A stretch of DNA of 10,380 nt, from the NCBI GenBank assembly GCA_001179505.1, contig CDMY01000924.1, forward strand, positions 1 through 10,380, in the 5' to 3' direction. Each line of letters starts with the position of its first letter. Within the stretch, counting starts at the first letter, position 1. The position numbers and the translations under genes are program-made. Of the stretch, positions 8,398 through 10,380 are shown in pieces. The notes under the pieces were generated by a model. That model had not been told where the DNA came from. It worked only from the letters and a program-made list of their open reading frames with translations, and did not search any database. The DNA is from Vitrella brassicaformis CCMP3155 (lineage: Eukaryota > Protista > Chromerida).

Positions 8398-8803
8398 GAC
8401 GGTCCCGTGACACTCACTGCCAGCCATCAAACAGAAGAGAGTCAGGTCAGGCGCATGGCACGACAGCAGAGGCTGGTGGGGCCTACCTTAAAAGAACCTC
8501 TCGCGGCCTCTTTGCGATGTCGTTCGAGTCGTCTGCGAGCTCAGCGTCTCCCTTTCACTTCTGGCTGTCTCGTGAGCGCGGCAGCAATGAGAAACGCTGG
8601 AAGGGAAATCGAATCGAATGCAGCAACACACTCATGGAAATACATGGAAATGGATCTGTGGCAGCTGAACTGCCGGTGGACTCAGTTCTCACAAAGTCTT
8701 CGTTCGTCTGTTTGTACCGACACTCTCCACTCAGCAAACACAACAGGCAACACAAGTCATCCTATCCCTCACAAATGGCAGACACATCACATCCAACAAA
8801 GAA

Positions 8804-9850
8804 CTAATGCGGGCGAGGGTACTGATAATCCTCGAGTCGGATCACTTGGTCGGGCCTCGTAGTGATGAACTCCAATCCATTGCGTCTCTGCAGAATCAAG
8901 CTGTCAAACTGCCCTCGACTAGGAGAGGTGAAGGTGTACTCGGATGAGAGGGACTCGCTCTTCGGAAGGTCACGGGGCTTGCGTGTGAAGATCTCCTTCA
9001 CGCGACCCAGCTTCAGCTCCACCTTCACCATCCACCCGTACCGCATCGCCTTTCCAGATGCGATCTCCTCTGTCGATGCCGTGTAGAATCCACGCAGACC
9101 GGCGCATTCAGGAAGGCCTTGAATGTCAAGTGGTCGGCAGCGTGCGGGATCGATTCCAATCGATGAAATGTTGTTGGCGGACCATTGGTCGGTTTGGTGG
9201 TAGGCGACGAGACCGCCAGACTTGCCGCTTTGAGCCATCAGATCTCGCAGCTGCTCCTCCAGCTCTTGCTGATGCTGCAGCGCCTGTCGCTTCTGCACGG
9301 TCAAACGCTCCAGGCTCTCGATGAGGGACTGCTTCTCGGCTGTCAATCCATGGGTGCTGACGTGCAGCGCTTGCTGTCTTGCCTGGAGGGCCGTCTTCTC
9401 TTGCCGATACCGGTTAATGTCATCATTGAGCGCGCTGATCTCCGCCCGACGCTGCTCGTTGCGCGCGCCCTGCTGAAGCAGCTCGTCGACGATGATCACG
9501 TTCTCATCCGTCTGCTTCTGGATAGCATCTTCAAGAGACTGCTTCTTGCCCCTGAGCACGTTGATTTCATCCTCCAGCTGCGCGTGGAGTTGGATGTACA
9601 TCTCCCGCTGTCGCTCCTGCGCTCGCATCTCCTCCTCGTGGTCGCGGCTCTCAGCGAAGCGCCTCTCCTTGTCAGCAAACTCGCAGCTGCTTTCCCTCAC
9701 CATAGACTGATAGCCGAGCAGAACCCTCATTCGTCGCTCCTCTTTCTTCTTTTGTGATCTGCTGGAAGGCCGAGATGTGGCAGCTGAGGCACTTCGTGGG
9801 CCATCTGGCGGCGGACTGGGAGCACGGGGGCTCACAGGACTCGACGCCAT
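8804..9850 (-). CDS. Intronless hypothetical protein (348 aa): low-complexity N-terminus, long coiled coil, unrecognised C-terminal domain
   Basis: Track ORF 8804-9931. The likely start is ATG at 9850 (acc ATG G), because the upstream in-frame part reads like UTR. E/Q/R/L-rich heptad-like region from about EFADKERR to LEEQLRDLMAQ. Stop TAG at 8806-8804. Confidence 0.75.
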   Translation of the reverse strand: MASSPVSPRAPSPPPDGPRSASAATSRPSSRSQKKKEERRMRVLLGYQSMVRESSCEFADKERRFAESRDHEEEMRAQERQREMYIQLHAQLEDEINVLRGKKQSLEDAIQKQTDENVIIVDELLQQGARNEQRRAEISALNDDINRYRQEKTALQARQQALHVSTHGLTAEKQSLIESLERLTVQKRQALQHQQELEEQLRDLMAQSGKSGGLVAYHQTDQWSANNISSIGIDPARCRPLDIQGLPECAGLRGFYTASTEEIASGKAMRYGWMVKVELKLGRVKEIFTRKPRDLPKSESLSSEYTFTSPSRGQFDSLILQRRNGLEFITTRPDQVIRLEDYQYPRPH

Positions 9851-9992
9851 GGTGCAGACGGTAGGCAGAGATGAGAGGACGCGCACCAGCCGTAAAACAC
9901 GAACAAGAAGACAAACGTGAAGGGTATGCATTCAGTCAATGTCTGCGCGATACCCCTCTCCAGTGCACCCAGTGCATACCTTCACGTCTTTC

Positions 9993-10380
9993 TGTCAGGA
10001 TTGCCAGCTTGGCAAGACGAACCACTGCGAGCTTGTGAGCTAGGGTATATTGCTGTGTAACGGGTGGAGAGAGAAGAAGACAAGGAAAGACAAGGAAAGC
10101 ATTCTGAGGAGACACGATCTTATCAGCCATCACCGAAGTGAGATCTGTGTTGACCACCCTTCATGATGCCATACATGGACAGAAACAACTTTGACTGACT
10201 GGTCAGTCCATCGGTCTTACTAAAGGAAAAACACTCTTACTGGGACTTACCGCCAAGCAGATCCTCTATTCAGCTAACTACAGGAAAGGTCCTCACCGGC
10301 CTTTTCGCACATGGGCGCAGCAACTTGGTTCTTGCTTATCTGAGCCGAAGTCTTCGCCAGCTGACTGACAGATCCTAACA
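9993..10380. mobile_element. Candidate LTR (solo LTR or one terminus of an LTR retrotransposon), 388 bp
   Basis: Begins TGTCAGGAT (9993) and ends ATCCTAACA (10380): TG...CA termini forming an 8/9 imperfect inverted repeat. It is more A/T-rich than neighbouring coding DNA and has no credible long ORF. The right flank is outside the window. Confidence 0.4.

Noticed and set aside
8507-8519. 13-mer CATCGCAAAGAGG shared in inverted orientation with 6538-6550
   Set aside because: The intervening sequence does not align, so there is too little support for a third inverted repeat unit.
9185-9757. 190-aa + strand ORF and similar long antisense ORFs (1429-1905, 2304-2822, 3454-4170, 7559-7966)
   Set aside because: Each lies opposite a better-supported CDS. 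These are shadow ORFs expected from GC-rich codon bias, with Leu/Val/Arg-rich antisense-type composition.
10211-10226. CTTACTAAAG resembling the U5 snRNA loop I region
   Set aside because: It lacks the invariant GCCTTTTAC loop and a supporting stem.

Overview
Intron-rich eukaryotic genomic DNA. The short GT-AG introns full of CA/TG/TCTG microsatellites and the GC-rich codons suggest a chromerid alveolate such as Vitrella (inference only). The window holds five main parts. (1) A multi-exon + strand gene with a proline-rich segment and degenerate LRR-like motifs, running from before base 1 to a stop at 4692. It is interrupted: 304 bp (1724-2027) recur almost identically after a 300-N gap (3168-3473), and the first copy carries a 2-bp frameshifting deletion. 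(2) Between the two copies lies a head-to-head cassette: a minus-strand 5' exon paralogous to the start of the downstream MORN gene, and the + strand start of another gene at 2427. (3) A non-coding spacer with a diverged tandem repeat (about 5522-6053 and 6207-6668). (4) A minus-strand coiled-coil + MORN-repeat gene (8397-7472) and an intronless minus-strand coiled-coil gene (9850-8804). (5) A candidate LTR at the right end (9993-10380). I found no rRNA, tRNA or CRISPR array, and no convincing novel multi-gene system. The most interesting signal is the local rearrangement and gene-fragment shuffling, and an assembly artefact must be excluded first.
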